Source: a virus
Taxonomy: Duplodnaviria > Caudoviricetes
Direction: 5' to 3' (one strand)
Virus record (IMG/VR): IMGVR_UViG_3300037246_000486
Location: 1-61,995 of that record
DNA length: 61,995 nucleotides
This document shows, piece by piece, positions 9,336 through 19,799 of the stretch; position 1 is the stretch's first letter; every line of letters begins with the position of its first letter. The position numbers and the translations under genes were made by a program. The notes beneath the pieces are model-generated. The model ran no database searches and was not told where the DNA came from. It was given only the letters and a program-made list of their open reading frames with translations.

Positions 9336-9711
9336 GCTACGGGGTGAGGAGGCAATGCTCCGGAAGATCCGGAAACTGTCGCGCACCTACCCCGACAAGA
9401 TGGAGCTCGCCATCAGGGTAGAGGCCGAGCTCGTTATGACCAGATCGAAGCAGTCCTTCACCCCGGTTAAGCTTGGCGCGCTGCGGTCTTCGGGTCATGT
9501 CACGAAGGTGGAACGGGTCGGACGGATTATTCTCGTTCGCCTGGTGTATGGTGGAGTCAGTGCCCCATACGCTATCATTCAGCACGAACGGCTAGACTTC
9601 CAACATAGGGTCGGTGAGGCGAAGTACTTGGAGCGTCCCCTCAACCAGGCGGTGCCGGGGATGGCAAAGAGGATGGCGCGTACGCTCGATCTAGACAGGG
9701 TGCGATTGTGA
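9322..9711 (+). CDS. Neck / tail-completion protein (HK97 gp10-like)
   Basis: 'TPVKLGALRSSG...APYAIIQHE...AKYLERP' pattern. Confidence 0.8.
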   Translation: MAKAKLRGEEAMLRKIRKLSRTYPDKMELAIRVEAELVMTRSKQSFTPVKLGALRSSGHVTKVERVGRIILVRLVYGGVSAPYAIIQHERLDFQHRVGEAKYLERPLNQAVPGMAKRMARTLDLDRVRL

Positions 9712-10124
9712 CGGCTTGGTACAGGCAGATTGAGGTGGTGCAGGACCCGCAGGACTTGGGGCTCGACGCCAACGGCCGTGCAATCTCGGCGTTCAATATC
9801 AACGTGGTCAAGCGGTACTCAGACACGCTCGAGGAAGAGATTGTCGGGTTACTGGTGGCCGCATCGGTGGGGGTGTTCAACACGGACATCTTCGCCAGTA
9901 GCAGCAAGGACCTCCCGGATGATGGTGATGGGCCGTTCCTCACCGTCGTGGCGACCGGTGGTACCAGTCCTGAGCGGACACAGAACAGTATCGCAACGCC
10001 AGCATACCCCAGGCCGTCGGCCCAGATAGCTGTACACGCTGGGACCTACCGTGCGGCCCGGACGATGGCGTTCGCGGCATACCTCGCACTCGCGGGTATC
10101 CGTAATCAAACAGTCACGGGATAA
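9708..10124 (+). CDS. Tail terminator protein
   Basis: Position between the neck and tail-tube genes; 'TGGTSPERT...PSAQIAVHA' pattern. Confidence 0.65.
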   Translation: MTAWYRQIEVVQDPQDLGLDANGRAISAFNINVVKRYSDTLEEEIVGLLVAASVGVFNTDIFASSSKDLPDDGDGPFLTVVATGGTSPERTQNSIATPAYPRPSAQIAVHAGTYRAARTMAFAAYLALAGIRNQTVTG

Positions 10125-10136
10125 GGAGCACAGCTG

Positions 10137-10562
10137 ATGTCCGATGCTATTTCCGCTCAAGGAACATTGATCGCCAGGGAGCCGGTCGCGACGCCTGGTG
10201 TATTCACCACCGTCGCGGAGCTGCGGGACATCACACCCCCGCCGCTGTCACGTAACCCTATCGAAACCACCAACCACAATGAGCTCGAAGAGAATTTCGT
10301 GGTTGGCATCCGGCGCAAGGGCGAGATGACGTTCGCCATCGGGTTCGTCCCGAACAGCCCCACGCACGGACAGGTGTCCGGCCTGATCGAGTCCTGGGAG
10401 AACGGGGACAAGGACAGATGGCGGATCACCTATCCGGACGGCAGCCTCTGGTTGTTCTCCGGGTTCGTGTCCAACGTCGGTCCGTCGGCCCCCGTGGACG
10501 ATGGCCTGGTCGCCGACATCACCATCCGCCCCACCGGATTGATGACCATCATCGACGCATAG
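10137..10562 (+). CDS. Major tail tube protein
   Basis: 'AQGTLI...ELRDITPP...IETTNH...WRITYPDG...FSGFV' lambda-gpV-like pattern; AAGGAG SD. Confidence 0.85.
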   Translation: MSDAISAQGTLIAREPVATPGVFTTVAELRDITPPPLSRNPIETTNHNELEENFVVGIRRKGEMTFAIGFVPNSPTHGQVSGLIESWENGDKDRWRITYPDGSLWLFSGFVSNVGPSAPVDDGLVADITIRPTGLMTIIDA

Positions 10563-10571
10563 CGGTACCAC

Positions 10572-10600
10572 GCGGGCGGGGTCTAGCGGTCCCCGTCCGC
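10572..10600 (+). terminator. Hairpin downstream of the tail tube gene
   Basis: GCGGGCGGGG / CCCCGTCCGC inverted repeat; no U-tract. Confidence 0.35.
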
Positions 10601-10634
10601 ACCCAACCTGGTTGAGCATGGAGGTGCTCCAAGA

Positions 10635-11030
10635 ATGACCAAGCTGCTGACGGCTGAGAACGTATGGGAAGCAGACGACCTGGTGTGGGAGGACATCCCC
10701 ATCCCGGAGTGGTCCCCGGGCTACGTGGAGGGAGACGATCCCTCCAACCTGCGCCTGCGCATCATGACCGCCAAGGAGGCGATCGACTTTGCGAAGGCGA
10801 TGGAGAACCCGAACAACGAACGGTCGGCAATTGTCCGGGCGGTGATCAAGACCGCCATCGACGGAGAGGGCAACCTGCTGTTCCCGGGAGACGGCGACTT
10901 CGCCAAGTTGCTGGACAAGTCCCTGGCCCCATACAAGCGCATTCGTAAGGTCTTCTTTTCGCTCAACGGGTTCGGTGCGGACGTGGACACCGATGAACCG
11001 TCCGGTGAGGACGAGGCAAAAAACGACTAG
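10635..11030 (+). CDS. Tail assembly chaperone (gpG-like)
   Basis: Lies between the tail tube and tape measure genes; ends in slippery GCA AAA AAC GAC TAG. Confidence 0.8.
   Translation: MTKLLTAENVWEADDLVWEDIPIPEWSPGYVEGDDPSNLRLRIMTAKEAIDFAKAMENPNNERSAIVRAVIKTAIDGEGNLLFPGDGDFAKLLDKSLAPYKRIRKVFFSLNGFGADVDTDEPSGEDEAKND
11018..11024 (+). other. Programmed -1 ribosomal frameshift site A AAA AAC
   Basis: X XXY YYZ heptamer; the -1 frame is open from here into the 11090..11389 ORF (RLEASPSRRFAYRLAKEIG...). Confidence 0.8.
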
Positions 11031-11389
11031 AGGCGAGCCCCAGTAGAAGGTTCGCCTACCGACTGGCCAAGGAGATCGGTACGTGGGACGTGGACGGCAT
11101 GCTGGACGGTATGAACATCCGGCAGTTCCGCGAGTGGTACGCATACGCCGAACTGGAGCCCTTCGGAGATGAGAGGGCCGACTACCGGTCGGCGCAGATA
11201 TGCGCCATGATCGCGAACGCGAACAGGGACCGGAAGCGCAAGCCCACTCCATACAAGGTCGAGGAATTTCTCCTCAAGTTCGGTGGTCGCCAGACCAGGG
11301 AGAAGAAGGACTGGCGGTCCATGAAGCTAGACATGGAAAGGATAGCCGCAGGGTACGGGGTCGTCAGGATGAAACTGTCTGACCTTTAG
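11024..11389 (+). CDS. Tail assembly chaperone C-terminal part (gpT-like, made by frameshift)
   Basis: 'EWYAYAELEPFGDERADYRSAQI' pattern typical of gpT-like products. Confidence 0.75.
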   Translation, partial: RLEASPSRRFAYRLAKEIGTWDVDGMLDGMNIRQFREWYAYAELEPFGDERADYRSAQICAMIANANRDRKRKPTPYKVEEFLLKFGGRQTREKKDWRSMKLDMERIAAGYGVVRMKLSDL

Positions 11390-11447
11390 GACGAGCACCA
11401 CCACCAGGCGAACGTGAGGAGGACCAAGCCGGAGAGGTGGTGCCGTC

Positions 11448-14400
11448 GTGGCAACTGACATCGGAACCCTGCGGGGGACCATTGAGCTGAACGACAAATT
11501 TAGCTCCACCCTCTCCCTCGCCGGGTCCAATCTCCAGAAGGCGGGACGCAACTTCCAGGCCGTGGGCGGGAAGATGTCGGCGGCCGGTTCCTCGATCACC
11601 AGGTCCATCGGGTTGCCCCTGGCATTGGCGTCGGGTGCAGCCCTGAAGCTGTCCTCGGACTTCGAGACCTCCCTCACCAAGATCCAGACCCTTGTTGGAC
11701 TGTCCGCCAAGGACGTCCAGGGGTTCCGCGCCGACGTCCTGTCCCTGGCGGGTGAGACCGCCCAGGCACCGAAGGCGCTGGCGGACGCCATGTTCTTCAT
11801 CACGTCTGCCGGCCTGCGTGGGGCCGAGGCCCTCGAGGCCCTCAAGTTCTCAGCGCAGGCGTCGGCCATAGGCCTGGGCGACACCGCAGTCGTGGCGGAC
11901 GCCGTGACCTCGGCAATGAACGCCTATGGACCGGCAACGCTGTCCGCCGAGCGCGCGACCAACGTCCTGGCCCTGGCGGTACGTGCCGGCAAGTTGGAGG
12001 CGTCCGCCCTGGCCCCGGTGCTTGGCAGGTTGCTGCCGACCGCGGCGGCCATGGAGATCGCGTTCGAGGATGTGGCCGGTGTGCTGGCCGTGATGTCCAA
12101 GACGGGTCTGGACGCTGCCGAGGCGTCCACCTCGCTGTCCTCCATCATGACCACCCTGTTGAAGCCCACAAAGCTGGGGGTGGACGCCCTGGACTCTGTG
12201 GGCCTGTCCCTGAAGGACCTGCGGGAGACGGCGAAGGGACCGGGTGGCCTGGTCCAGGTCATGCGTGACCTCGACAGCGCCTTCGAGGGTAACGACGAAG
12301 CGCTCGTCCAGGTGGTGCCCAACGTCCGAGCCTTCCGTGGTGTGATGAACGTCCTGGCCCAGGACGCCGGGTCCGTAGACGAGGTCATGAAGGCGGTGGC
12401 CTCCGACGTGGATGTGTTGGGCGAGGGCATGAAGATCGTGGAGCAGACCACGGGATTCAAGTTCAACCAGTTCATGACCAAGTTGTCCACGGTCGGGATC
12501 GAACTGGGCGACACCCTGGTGCCTGCCTTCGAAGGCATCCTGGCAGCGTCGGTGGACCTCCTGAGCTTTGCGTCCAAGGGCGTCGAGTTGTTCGGCAAGC
12601 TCCCGGGGCCAATCCAGACCACCGCCATCGCGTTCCTCGGACTCGCCATCGCGATGGGCCCGATCATGTTCCTGGGCGGCAACATGCTCACCATGTTCGG
12701 CAGCCTGCTGGGTGTCATGGGTGGCGGCCTCGCGAAGGTCGGCCTGTTCAGTAAGGCAACCGGCGCCATCGGTACTGCCGGGGTGTCCGCAGGTCGGGGC
12801 CTGGGACCACTGGTGTCCACCATCCTGCCCGGCTTCATGCAGAAGACGGTCCAGGGCCGCAACGCGGCTGGCCAGTTCACCAAGGGCGTGACCAAGCTGG
12901 ACCTCAGTTTCCTGAAGACCAAGATCACCCTCGGCAGTCTCGGCGGTGCGTTCAAGACGATGGGCGTCGCGATCAAGGGCGCGGCCATCTCCCTGGGCAC
13001 CACGATGGCCGCGGCGGCAAGCGCGGCAGGGACGGCACTGTCCGCCTTGTGGGCCGTCATCCTGGCGAACCCGATCGGTGCCATCGCCATCGCAGTCGGA
13101 CTCGTGGCAGTCGCCGTCTCCTCCTTCGTGTTCAAAGAGGGTGGGATGTTCGAGAACTGGATGGCCGGGACGAAGGAGACCCTGGCCGAACTCCAGACGG
13201 GCGTTACCAACCTCACCGGCAGCGTGGCCACCCTGGGCCTGGGCATTGCCGACAACATGCGGGACACGTTCCCGGAGGTCACCGCTGCCATCAGCGCGGG
13301 GGTGGCAGCCGGCAAGGACATGGACACCGTCGTCCAGGACCTGCTCACCACGTTCCAGACGGGCACCGTGGTCGGGGATGCCCTGCGCGCCAGCATGATC
13401 GAGGTCAGTACGGAGATGAATGCCGGGGCACGGGCTGCGACCGCGCTACGGAAGGAACTGGACGATGTGAAGGAAGCCGAGGCCAGGGCAGCTGCCAACG
13501 CCGAGGCGCTCAAGGTCGAGCAAGAAGAACTGGTGAGGGTCCTGTCCAGCCTGGGCGTGGTCACACGGACCGATGTGAAGGCTGGCCTGGACGACCTGGA
13601 GACCGGGCTGAAGTCTGGGCAGGTCCCGGCGAAGAAGGCAGCCGAGCTCCTGGACAAGATGTGGACCGAGCTTAACGACATCGGTCAACTGACCCCCGAC
13701 GTCCAGGCTCGCCTCCTGGAGCTGGCACGTACCCACGACACTCTGAAGATTAGCCAGACCGCCAACCTGGCCGCGATGTCGGAACTCGGCCGGCAGTTCT
13801 CCATGACCGCCGGGGAGTTCGAGGACAACACCCCACCGATTGCTGACTTCGGTGACGCGGTGCTGCCGAGGATGGTGCCCGAGTTGGACCGTGCCACCCT
13901 GGGCATGAAGCAATTCGGGATCACCCTCCCCAACGTCGGCAAGGACATGAAGAACCTGACGGCCCTGGTGGAGTCGGGTCGTGCCCCTGTCCGGCAGATG
14001 GTGGAGGCCATCCGGGACCAGCGCCAAGAGTACGAGGACCTCGGTGCCCTGACCCCGGAGGTGAACACCCAGCTGCGCACCCTGGAGAAGACGGCACTCG
14101 CCAATGCCACGGCAGCAGACCGGGCAGCGCTCGGGTTCAAGGGTCTGTTCGATGGACTGATCACCGGGTTCGGACCGGTCGATGATTTCATCGGCAAGTT
14201 CGGTGGGATCTTCGACTCCATCACCGGGGTCCTGGGTGGACTGGGTGGCAAGGTCGGCGGGTTCTTCTCCGGCCTGACCGACAGCATCGGGAGCATGTTC
14301 GGCAGCGGTGGCAAGCAGGGCGGGGACAACTTCTTCGCGAACATGGCCGGCGGGCTGGGTGGCCTGGGCGGGCTCTTCGGAAAGAAGGGCGAGGAGTCGG

Positions 14401-16247
14401 GGACCGACTTCACCCAGGCTGTCTCGATCGGCGTGGGCGGCATCATGCCTGTCATGACCAACGCTGGCACCGCCGGGGCCGGTGGGTTCGCAAGCGGGAT
14501 CATGCAGACCCTCGGCGGTGGGGGTGGGTTCGACATCGGCGGCATGTTCAACACGTCGGGCCAGGCGGCAACGCAAGGGTTCACGCTTGGTCTGTCAACG
14601 GTACCTGAGCAGGCCGGTTCGATCTTCGCCGAGGCAGCAAACGAGAGCGGTGGTGGATTCCTGTCTACCCTCTCCGGTCTGTTCGGTGGTGGTGGTGGCG
14701 AGGGCGGTGGGTTCTTGTCTTCCATCTTCTCGGGGGCGGGTGGTGGTGCAGGTGGCAACTTCCTGTCCGGCCTCACGCAGGGTCTGTCCTCCGGCATGGG
14801 TGCGGCCAAGTCCAGCATCCAGGGCATCTTCCAAGCGGGCCTCTCCCTCATCCCAGTGGTCGGTCCCATCCTGTCCCAGTTCGCCGGTCCCCTGTTCAAG
14901 GGCATCACGGCCATCGGCAAGAAGATCGGCGGCTTCTTCAAGGGCATCTTCGGTGGCGTGTCCGCCGAGGAGAAAGAGGCCCGGTCATTTGCCAACTCCC
15001 TGAACGACGTCTTCCGGGGCATGCTGGACACGGCGTCCCTGGCGGAGGCCAAGGCGGCAGCGGTCGGGACTAAGAACGACCAGTGGGCCGTATCCAACAT
15101 CGCCATCCGAGACTCGTACCTGGCGGTCGGCATGAGCGCCGACCAAGCGGCAGCGGCAACGACCCGCCTGAGTGCGTCGGCCAAGAAGTCCCCGGCGGAG
15201 GCGGAAGCGGCAGCGGCAGCCATCAAGGTCGTGACCGACCGTGTCGAGGCGGCCATGTCCATCACGGGCCTGTCCCTGACCAAGCTCCGGGATCAGGCGA
15301 TCACCGACGCCTCGAACATGGGCATCTCGGTGGAGGAAGCCTTCACCAACCTGACCACCTCGGTGACCGAGTCCGTGACCACGGCGACCGGTGTCCAGTG
15401 TGAAGCCCAGACGGCCGCAGCAACCTGCGGGGTCAACAGCGCCGAGCAGGTGTCCAGTGCGGTGGAGGTGTCCACCAAGAAGCAAGTGGAGGACACCAAG
15501 GCGGCGCAGGAGGAGATCGTTACCCTGACCACCGACACCGGGAAGAAGATCGTCCAAGGTGTCGCCGACACGACCGAGGTCATCCAGACCAAGTGGGAGG
15601 AGTCCACCTCCGCCACCAAGGCAAAGCTCCAGGACCTCCAGACCCAGTCCGACATCTCCTTCAATGCAATGGCAGCCGAGGCCGGGACCAGCGCCGAGCA
15701 GATCCAGCTCGTCCTGGACTCCCTGTTCGAGACTACCGGGCTAAAGCTTGACCTCATGGCCGCTGGCGCGTCGTCCTCGTTCGGTAGCATGGCAGCGAGT
15801 GCCATTGCCGCAGCGCGCGACAGCGTGGACGCCTTCGAGGACATGGAGGACGAGCTGGTCGGCAACAGCGTGTTCCCGGACACCGCCTTCTCTGCCAGCA
15901 AGTCCCTGATGGACATCGCCAAGGCAGCACAGGTCTCGGCGGGACAGGTCACGAGCACGTTCGCCGCCGCGGGTGGGGAAGTGGAAAAGAAGATCGGCGT
16001 CCTTGTGGCAACAGGTGGTGCAACCAAGACCGTCGCTATGGTGCGCAACCTGGACCGGACTGTACTGGGGCAACCCGACCTGCGGTCCCGGGCCGTCCGG
16101 GGCGGTGGTGGACCGCCTGGTGGTGGTGGTGGGGGTGGTAGCGACATGGTCGTCCAGGTAGTGATGCCGAACGGGCAGGTGCTGGCAGAGACGGTGGTCA
16201 AGGAGATGCCCCGGGTACTGGGCAACAAAGGATTGAGGCGCTTCTAG
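11448..16247 (+). CDS. Tape measure protein (TP901-type core)
   Basis: 1599 aa, helical, Ala/Gly-rich, with hydrophobic segments; follows the chaperone pair. Confidence 0.93.
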   Translation: MATDIGTLRGTIELNDKFSSTLSLAGSNLQKAGRNFQAVGGKMSAAGSSITRSIGLPLALASGAALKLSSDFETSLTKIQTLVGLSAKDVQGFRADVLSLAGETAQAPKALADAMFFITSAGLRGAEALEALKFSAQASAIGLGDTAVVADAVTSAMNAYGPATLSAERATNVLALAVRAGKLEASALAPVLGRLLPTAAAMEIAFEDVAGVLAVMSKTGLDAAEASTSLSSIMTTLLKPTKLGVDALDSVGLSLKDLRETAKGPGGLVQVMRDLDSAFEGNDEALVQVVPNVRAFRGVMNVLAQDAGSVDEVMKAVASDVDVLGEGMKIVEQTTGFKFNQFMTKLSTVGIELGDTLVPAFEGILAASVDLLSFASKGVELFGKLPGPIQTTAIAFLGLAIAMGPIMFLGGNMLTMFGSLLGVMGGGLAKVGLFSKATGAIGTAGVSAGRGLGPLVSTILPGFMQKTVQGRNAAGQFTKGVTKLDLSFLKTKITLGSLGGAFKTMGVAIKGAAISLGTTMAAAASAAGTALSALWAVILANPIGAIAIAVGLVAVAVSSFVFKEGGMFENWMAGTKETLAELQTGVTNLTGSVATLGLGIADNMRDTFPEVTAAISAGVAAGKDMDTVVQDLLTTFQTGTVVGDALRASMIEVSTEMNAGARAATALRKELDDVKEAEARAAANAEALKVEQEELVRVLSSLGVVTRTDVKAGLDDLETGLKSGQVPAKKAAELLDKMWTELNDIGQLTPDVQARLLELARTHDTLKISQTANLAAMSELGRQFSMTAGEFEDNTPPIADFGDAVLPRMVPELDRATLGMKQFGITLPNVGKDMKNLTALVESGRAPVRQMVEAIRDQRQEYEDLGALTPEVNTQLRTLEKTALANATAADRAALGFKGLFDGLITGFGPVDDFIGKFGGIFDSITGVLGGLGGKVGGFFSGLTDSIGSMFGSGGKQGGDNFFANMAGGLGGLGGLFGKKGEESGTDFTQAVSIGVGGIMPVMTNAGTAGAGGFASGIMQTLGGGGGFDIGGMFNTSGQAATQGFTLGLSTVPEQAGSIFAEAANESGGGFLSTLSGLFGGGGGEGGGFLSSIFSGAGGGAGGNFLSGLTQGLSSGMGAAKSSIQGIFQAGLSLIPVVGPILSQFAGPLFKGITAIGKKIGGFFKGIFGGVSAEEKEARSFANSLNDVFRGMLDTASLAEAKAAAVGTKNDQWAVSNIAIRDSYLAVGMSADQAAAATTRLSASAKKSPAEAEAAAAAIKVVTDRVEAAMSITGLSLTKLRDQAITDASNMGISVEEAFTNLTTSVTESVTTATGVQCEAQTAAATCGVNSAEQVSSAVEVSTKKQVEDTKAAQEEIVTLTTDTGKKIVQGVADTTEVIQTKWEESTSATKAKLQDLQTQSDISFNAMAAEAGTSAEQIQLVLDSLFETTGLKLDLMAAGASSSFGSMAASAIAAARDSVDAFEDMEDELVGNSVFPDTAFSASKSLMDIAKAAQVSAGQVTSTFAAAGGEVEKKIGVLVATGGATKTVAMVRNLDRTVLGQPDLRSRAVRGGGGPPGGGGGGGSDMVVQVVMPNGQVLAETVVKEMPRVLGNKGLRRF

Positions 16248-16248
16248 A

Positions 16249-19101
16249 ATGTCGGTTCTCACGGTCACGGTCGCCGGGGTAGACCGCACGGAGTACTGGC
16301 ACGAGCCCACCTCCACCACCTGGGAGGATCCGCTCAACGGTCGGGGTACTGGGTCCATCACCTTCGTGGTCCCGGTGTCCTCCGGCATCAGGTTCCTGGA
16401 TGGTCAGGAGTTCGTCCTCCTGGAAGACGGCACACCCAGGTTCGGCGGGCAGCTTATGGAGCCCGAGGAAACCGAGCGCGGGGACAACGCCCAGAACGCG
16501 GTCCTGTTCTTCCACTGTCAGATCGCGGACTTCAACATTCTGGCGGACCAGCGCATCGTGTCCGAGGAGTGGACGGACACGGAGTTCAGCCTCATCGTGT
16601 CTGGGGTTGTCACGAACTGGATGTTCGACGAGGGCATCTCCCTGGCGGGGGTGCAGACCGGGGCAGCGTTCTCCATCGAGGCAGGCAACGTCCTGGCGCG
16701 GGACGTGTTCGACACCCTGGCGGACAAGAGCAAGCGGGGCTGGCGTATCGACGAAGCCAAGGTCCTCAACTTCAAGGACCGCGACCAGGACGCCGCACCG
16801 TTCGGGATGAACGGGTCCACCATGATGCGCGGGACGGTGACGGTCAGACCCGACCGCCAGACATACCGCAACTGGCAGCTGGTGGAAGCCGGCACCGACG
16901 AGTTCCCCATCCTGGTGGTGTCGGGTAACGCTACCGAGATCGCAGCACGTGCTGCCCTCACCGGGACGTCCGGTCGGGTGGAACACCTGGCGCAGAACCT
17001 GGAGATTACCAACTCCGCCATCGCCCAGGAGTGGACCGGAGAACTGCTGAACAAGTACGACGCGATCGGGTCCGTGGTGGTAGGCAAGACCAGGCTGCCC
17101 GGGTTCCACGCCGGGCAGGAGGTGGTGGTCGACTTCCCCAACCACGACATTGACGAAGTGGACATGCTCATCGACTCGGTCAATGCCGAGGTCGTGGTGG
17201 TGGGTAACGAGCAAGAAATCTGGTACACCATCCGCGCCATCACCGGCGATCCCTACGGTGGGTATCAACAGCACTACCGCAAGGTGGCCCCCATCAAAGG
17301 CCCGCTGCGGTTCACCAACGAGCCGGGCCTGTTCCGGGTCGATCCCACCCCGGGCGTGGTCATCCACGATCCCATCCCCGGGGACTTCGAGTGGTTCCAA
17401 GCCGCCAAGACCGTCCCGACCGAGTTCCCCGGCATCTTCGGCATCACCCACGACGGTGAGAAACTGGTCACGTTCCGGGGTGGTGGACTTGCCAACACCG
17501 ACGGGTGTGGAGGTGGGCTCTTCCCTGGGTTCGGTGGGTCACCCGCGTGCTTCGTCAACCGCCAATACATTGCCGAGATATACGACATCGACATCGAGAA
17601 CCGGGTGGCGACCACACCCACCTTCGGCAACAGCATCGACCGACCGAACGTGGGTGCCAACTCGAAGGCCACCGCCCCAATCTCGCCGGACGACAAGTAC
17701 GCCCTCCTCACCCTGCTGTTCACTTCGGGGGTGGACTCGGTGGTCATGGTCTACGACATCCAACTCAACATCTTCAGGGGGCAGGTCGTCTCGACTATGC
17801 TCACGAACTCCAACATGTCCGAGCCGGCCTGGATTGGGGACGTGTGCTACTTCATCGACGCGTCCGATGGGGAGCTCTACATGTACGACATCACCGACCC
17901 GGACAATCCCACCGAGACGGTCTTCTCGACCTCGGTGCCCAATATGGTCAGCCTGGTCGGCTCCCCGGACGGGTCGGTCCTGTACGGCATGGGCGGCACC
18001 AAGGTTGCCGCGTTCGACATCTCCTCCCCGTTGGCACCGGTGGAGGATACCGTCCTGACGATTGTCGGTGGGCACCAATCCCTGGAAATCAACCCGGCCG
18101 GGACAGCACTGCTCATGATCCGCCGGAGGAACGCCAGCCAGCTCGGGTGGACATCCATCACCATGACGGCGAACGACACCGACATCGCCATCTCTACCGA
18201 CGACGGAAGCATCCCGCTGTCCACCGTCGTCATGGATGGGCGCTCGTTGATCTGGCCCAACGACACGACCTGCATCGTGTTCAGTAGCCAACCGACGTTC
18301 CCGGCCGACTCGTTCGAGGCGCATGTCTTCGACGCCACTGACATTGACGTGGTGACCTACCTGGAGACGATCAACTACACCCACGGAGGTGGCAGCAACG
18401 CCGGTCCGTTCCGGTCCTTGACGTCGGCCAAGGCCTTCGTCTGGTTCGGTGGGGTCAACCAGCAGATCACGTTCGGTGAGGCCACCATCGACGAACCCGT
18501 CCCACTGACCATCGAGAAGCCCCTGCGGTCTGGGTTCGGTGGCACGGGGCTCGGCACCGCTAACAGGGGCGACATCGTCTACGCCGACCGCAACCTGCCC
18601 GACGACGACCGTGGGCAGGGCGCGTGGTCGCGCCTGGGCGTTGGGCAGATCGGACAGGTACTGATCGTCAGTGGGAACGGCAACGGTGCCAGGTTGCCGG
18701 CCTGGGGCGCCGCCACCGACCCCGCCCCCGTGGACCAGCTGTTCTTCGTGGGTGACGATGTCCTGGTGGTGTCCGGCGCGGTGGCGTCCCTGGACGACCT
18801 CGCGGCAGTCATCGTATCGGGGGTCACGTACTACTTCCGGGCCGAGCTCTACGTGGACCCGGACGCCGACCTGGGCGCGAAGTATGGCATGGGTGGAACC
18901 TCGACTGGTAACGTCATCTTCCAGATCAAGGCATTGGACGACGACACTGGGGAGTACAGCCTACTGATCTCCGGGCGCAAGACGGCGTACGACGACTTCG
19001 CCGGCGAGGATGAAACGACACGAGGCTACGTGGAGATGACAGGCAGTATCGAGTGCACGGGTGACGGCACCCTGGTGCCGAAGGTAGGGACGTTCGTATG
19101 A
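16249..19101 (+). CDS. Tail tip / minor tail protein with a central beta-propeller-like region and fibre motif
   Basis: Directly follows the tape measure gene; repeats like 'YMYDITDPDNP' and 'AFDISSPLAP'; fibre motif 'GGTGLG...RGDIVYA...LGVGQIGQVLIV'. Confidence 0.75.
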   Translation: MSVLTVTVAGVDRTEYWHEPTSTTWEDPLNGRGTGSITFVVPVSSGIRFLDGQEFVLLEDGTPRFGGQLMEPEETERGDNAQNAVLFFHCQIADFNILADQRIVSEEWTDTEFSLIVSGVVTNWMFDEGISLAGVQTGAAFSIEAGNVLARDVFDTLADKSKRGWRIDEAKVLNFKDRDQDAAPFGMNGSTMMRGTVTVRPDRQTYRNWQLVEAGTDEFPILVVSGNATEIAARAALTGTSGRVEHLAQNLEITNSAIAQEWTGELLNKYDAIGSVVVGKTRLPGFHAGQEVVVDFPNHDIDEVDMLIDSVNAEVVVVGNEQEIWYTIRAITGDPYGGYQQHYRKVAPIKGPLRFTNEPGLFRVDPTPGVVIHDPIPGDFEWFQAAKTVPTEFPGIFGITHDGEKLVTFRGGGLANTDGCGGGLFPGFGGSPACFVNRQYIAEIYDIDIENRVATTPTFGNSIDRPNVGANSKATAPISPDDKYALLTLLFTSGVDSVVMVYDIQLNIFRGQVVSTMLTNSNMSEPAWIGDVCYFIDASDGELYMYDITDPDNPTETVFSTSVPNMVSLVGSPDGSVLYGMGGTKVAAFDISSPLAPVEDTVLTIVGGHQSLEINPAGTALLMIRRRNASQLGWTSITMTANDTDIAISTDDGSIPLSTVVMDGRSLIWPNDTTCIVFSSQPTFPADSFEAHVFDATDIDVVTYLETINYTHGGGSNAGPFRSLTSAKAFVWFGGVNQQITFGEATIDEPVPLTIEKPLRSGFGGTGLGTANRGDIVYADRNLPDDDRGQGAWSRLGVGQIGQVLIVSGNGNGARLPAWGAATDPAPVDQLFFVGDDVLVVSGAVASLDDLAAVIVSGVTYYFRAELYVDPDADLGAKYGMGGTSTGNVIFQIKALDDDTGEYSLLISGRKTAYDDFAGEDETTRGYVEMTGSIECTGDGTLVPKVGTFV

Positions 19102-19799
19102 GCATCTCCGTAGTCCAACACGCCAACGCGACCAACGGACTGGCCACGACTTGGAATGTCATCCTAGGTGCCGGCCCCACCGAGGGCAACTTGCTCATCG
19201 GGTTGACCTGGCACGACGAGTCTGCGGGAGACGCCGAGGTCGCGCCGAGTGGCTACACCCGCCTGGCTACCTTCAACTCCTTCCTGGGCGCCTTCTCATA
19301 CCGAGCCAGCGTGTGGGGCAAGTTCGCCGGGCCCGCAGAGTCGACTACCACCCAGTTCAACAACGGCGAGGTCAACCGAAGGGCGCACGGGTGGATGGTG
19401 GAGTTCTCGGGCGTGCTCTTCAGTACGCTCCACGGGACGGACCTGGCTCCGTCCGTGGGGGCCGAACGTGACCCAGCTGGCACGTCGCTACAGGTGGGTC
19501 CGATTGAGATCCCTGCCGCACTGCTGGGGATCGCCATCTCCGGGGTCGACGGGACGTCCCCCTCCGCCAAGCCCAACTGGACTGCGGACCCGGACATGAC
19601 GGACATCGGTATTGGACTCAGTGTCAACTTCGTGGCCAGTGGTATCAGTTTCGTAGAGGGAGCCGGTCAGACCATCTCACCGACCGCAACATGGAGCTCC
19701 AACCGCCGGGGCGTTCAGATCCTGGCGGTGGTGGGCGTACCACCTCCGGGCTCCACAGTACTCAAGGGATCCAGCTTTAGGGTGACACCGGCAAGCTAG
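19098..19799 (+). CDS. Putative tail fibre / receptor-binding accessory protein
   Basis: Beta-rich 233-aa ORF with ATGA overlap to the tail tip gene. Confidence 0.6.
   Translation: MSISVVQHANATNGLATTWNVILGAGPTEGNLLIGLTWHDESAGDAEVAPSGYTRLATFNSFLGAFSYRASVWGKFAGPAESTTTQFNNGEVNRRAHGWMVEFSGVLFSTLHGTDLAPSVGAERDPAGTSLQVGPIEIPAALLGIAISGVDGTSPSAKPNWTADPDMTDIGIGLSVNFVASGISFVEGAGQTISPTATWSSNRRGVQILAVVGVPPPGSTVLKGSSFRVTPAS

Noticed and set aside
11924-16228. Long minus-strand ORFs opposite the tape measure gene (and similar ones elsewhere, e.g. 1325..2275, 53792..55267)
   Set aside because: They are antisense shadows of GC-rich genes with biased codon usage, and they show no recognisable motifs.
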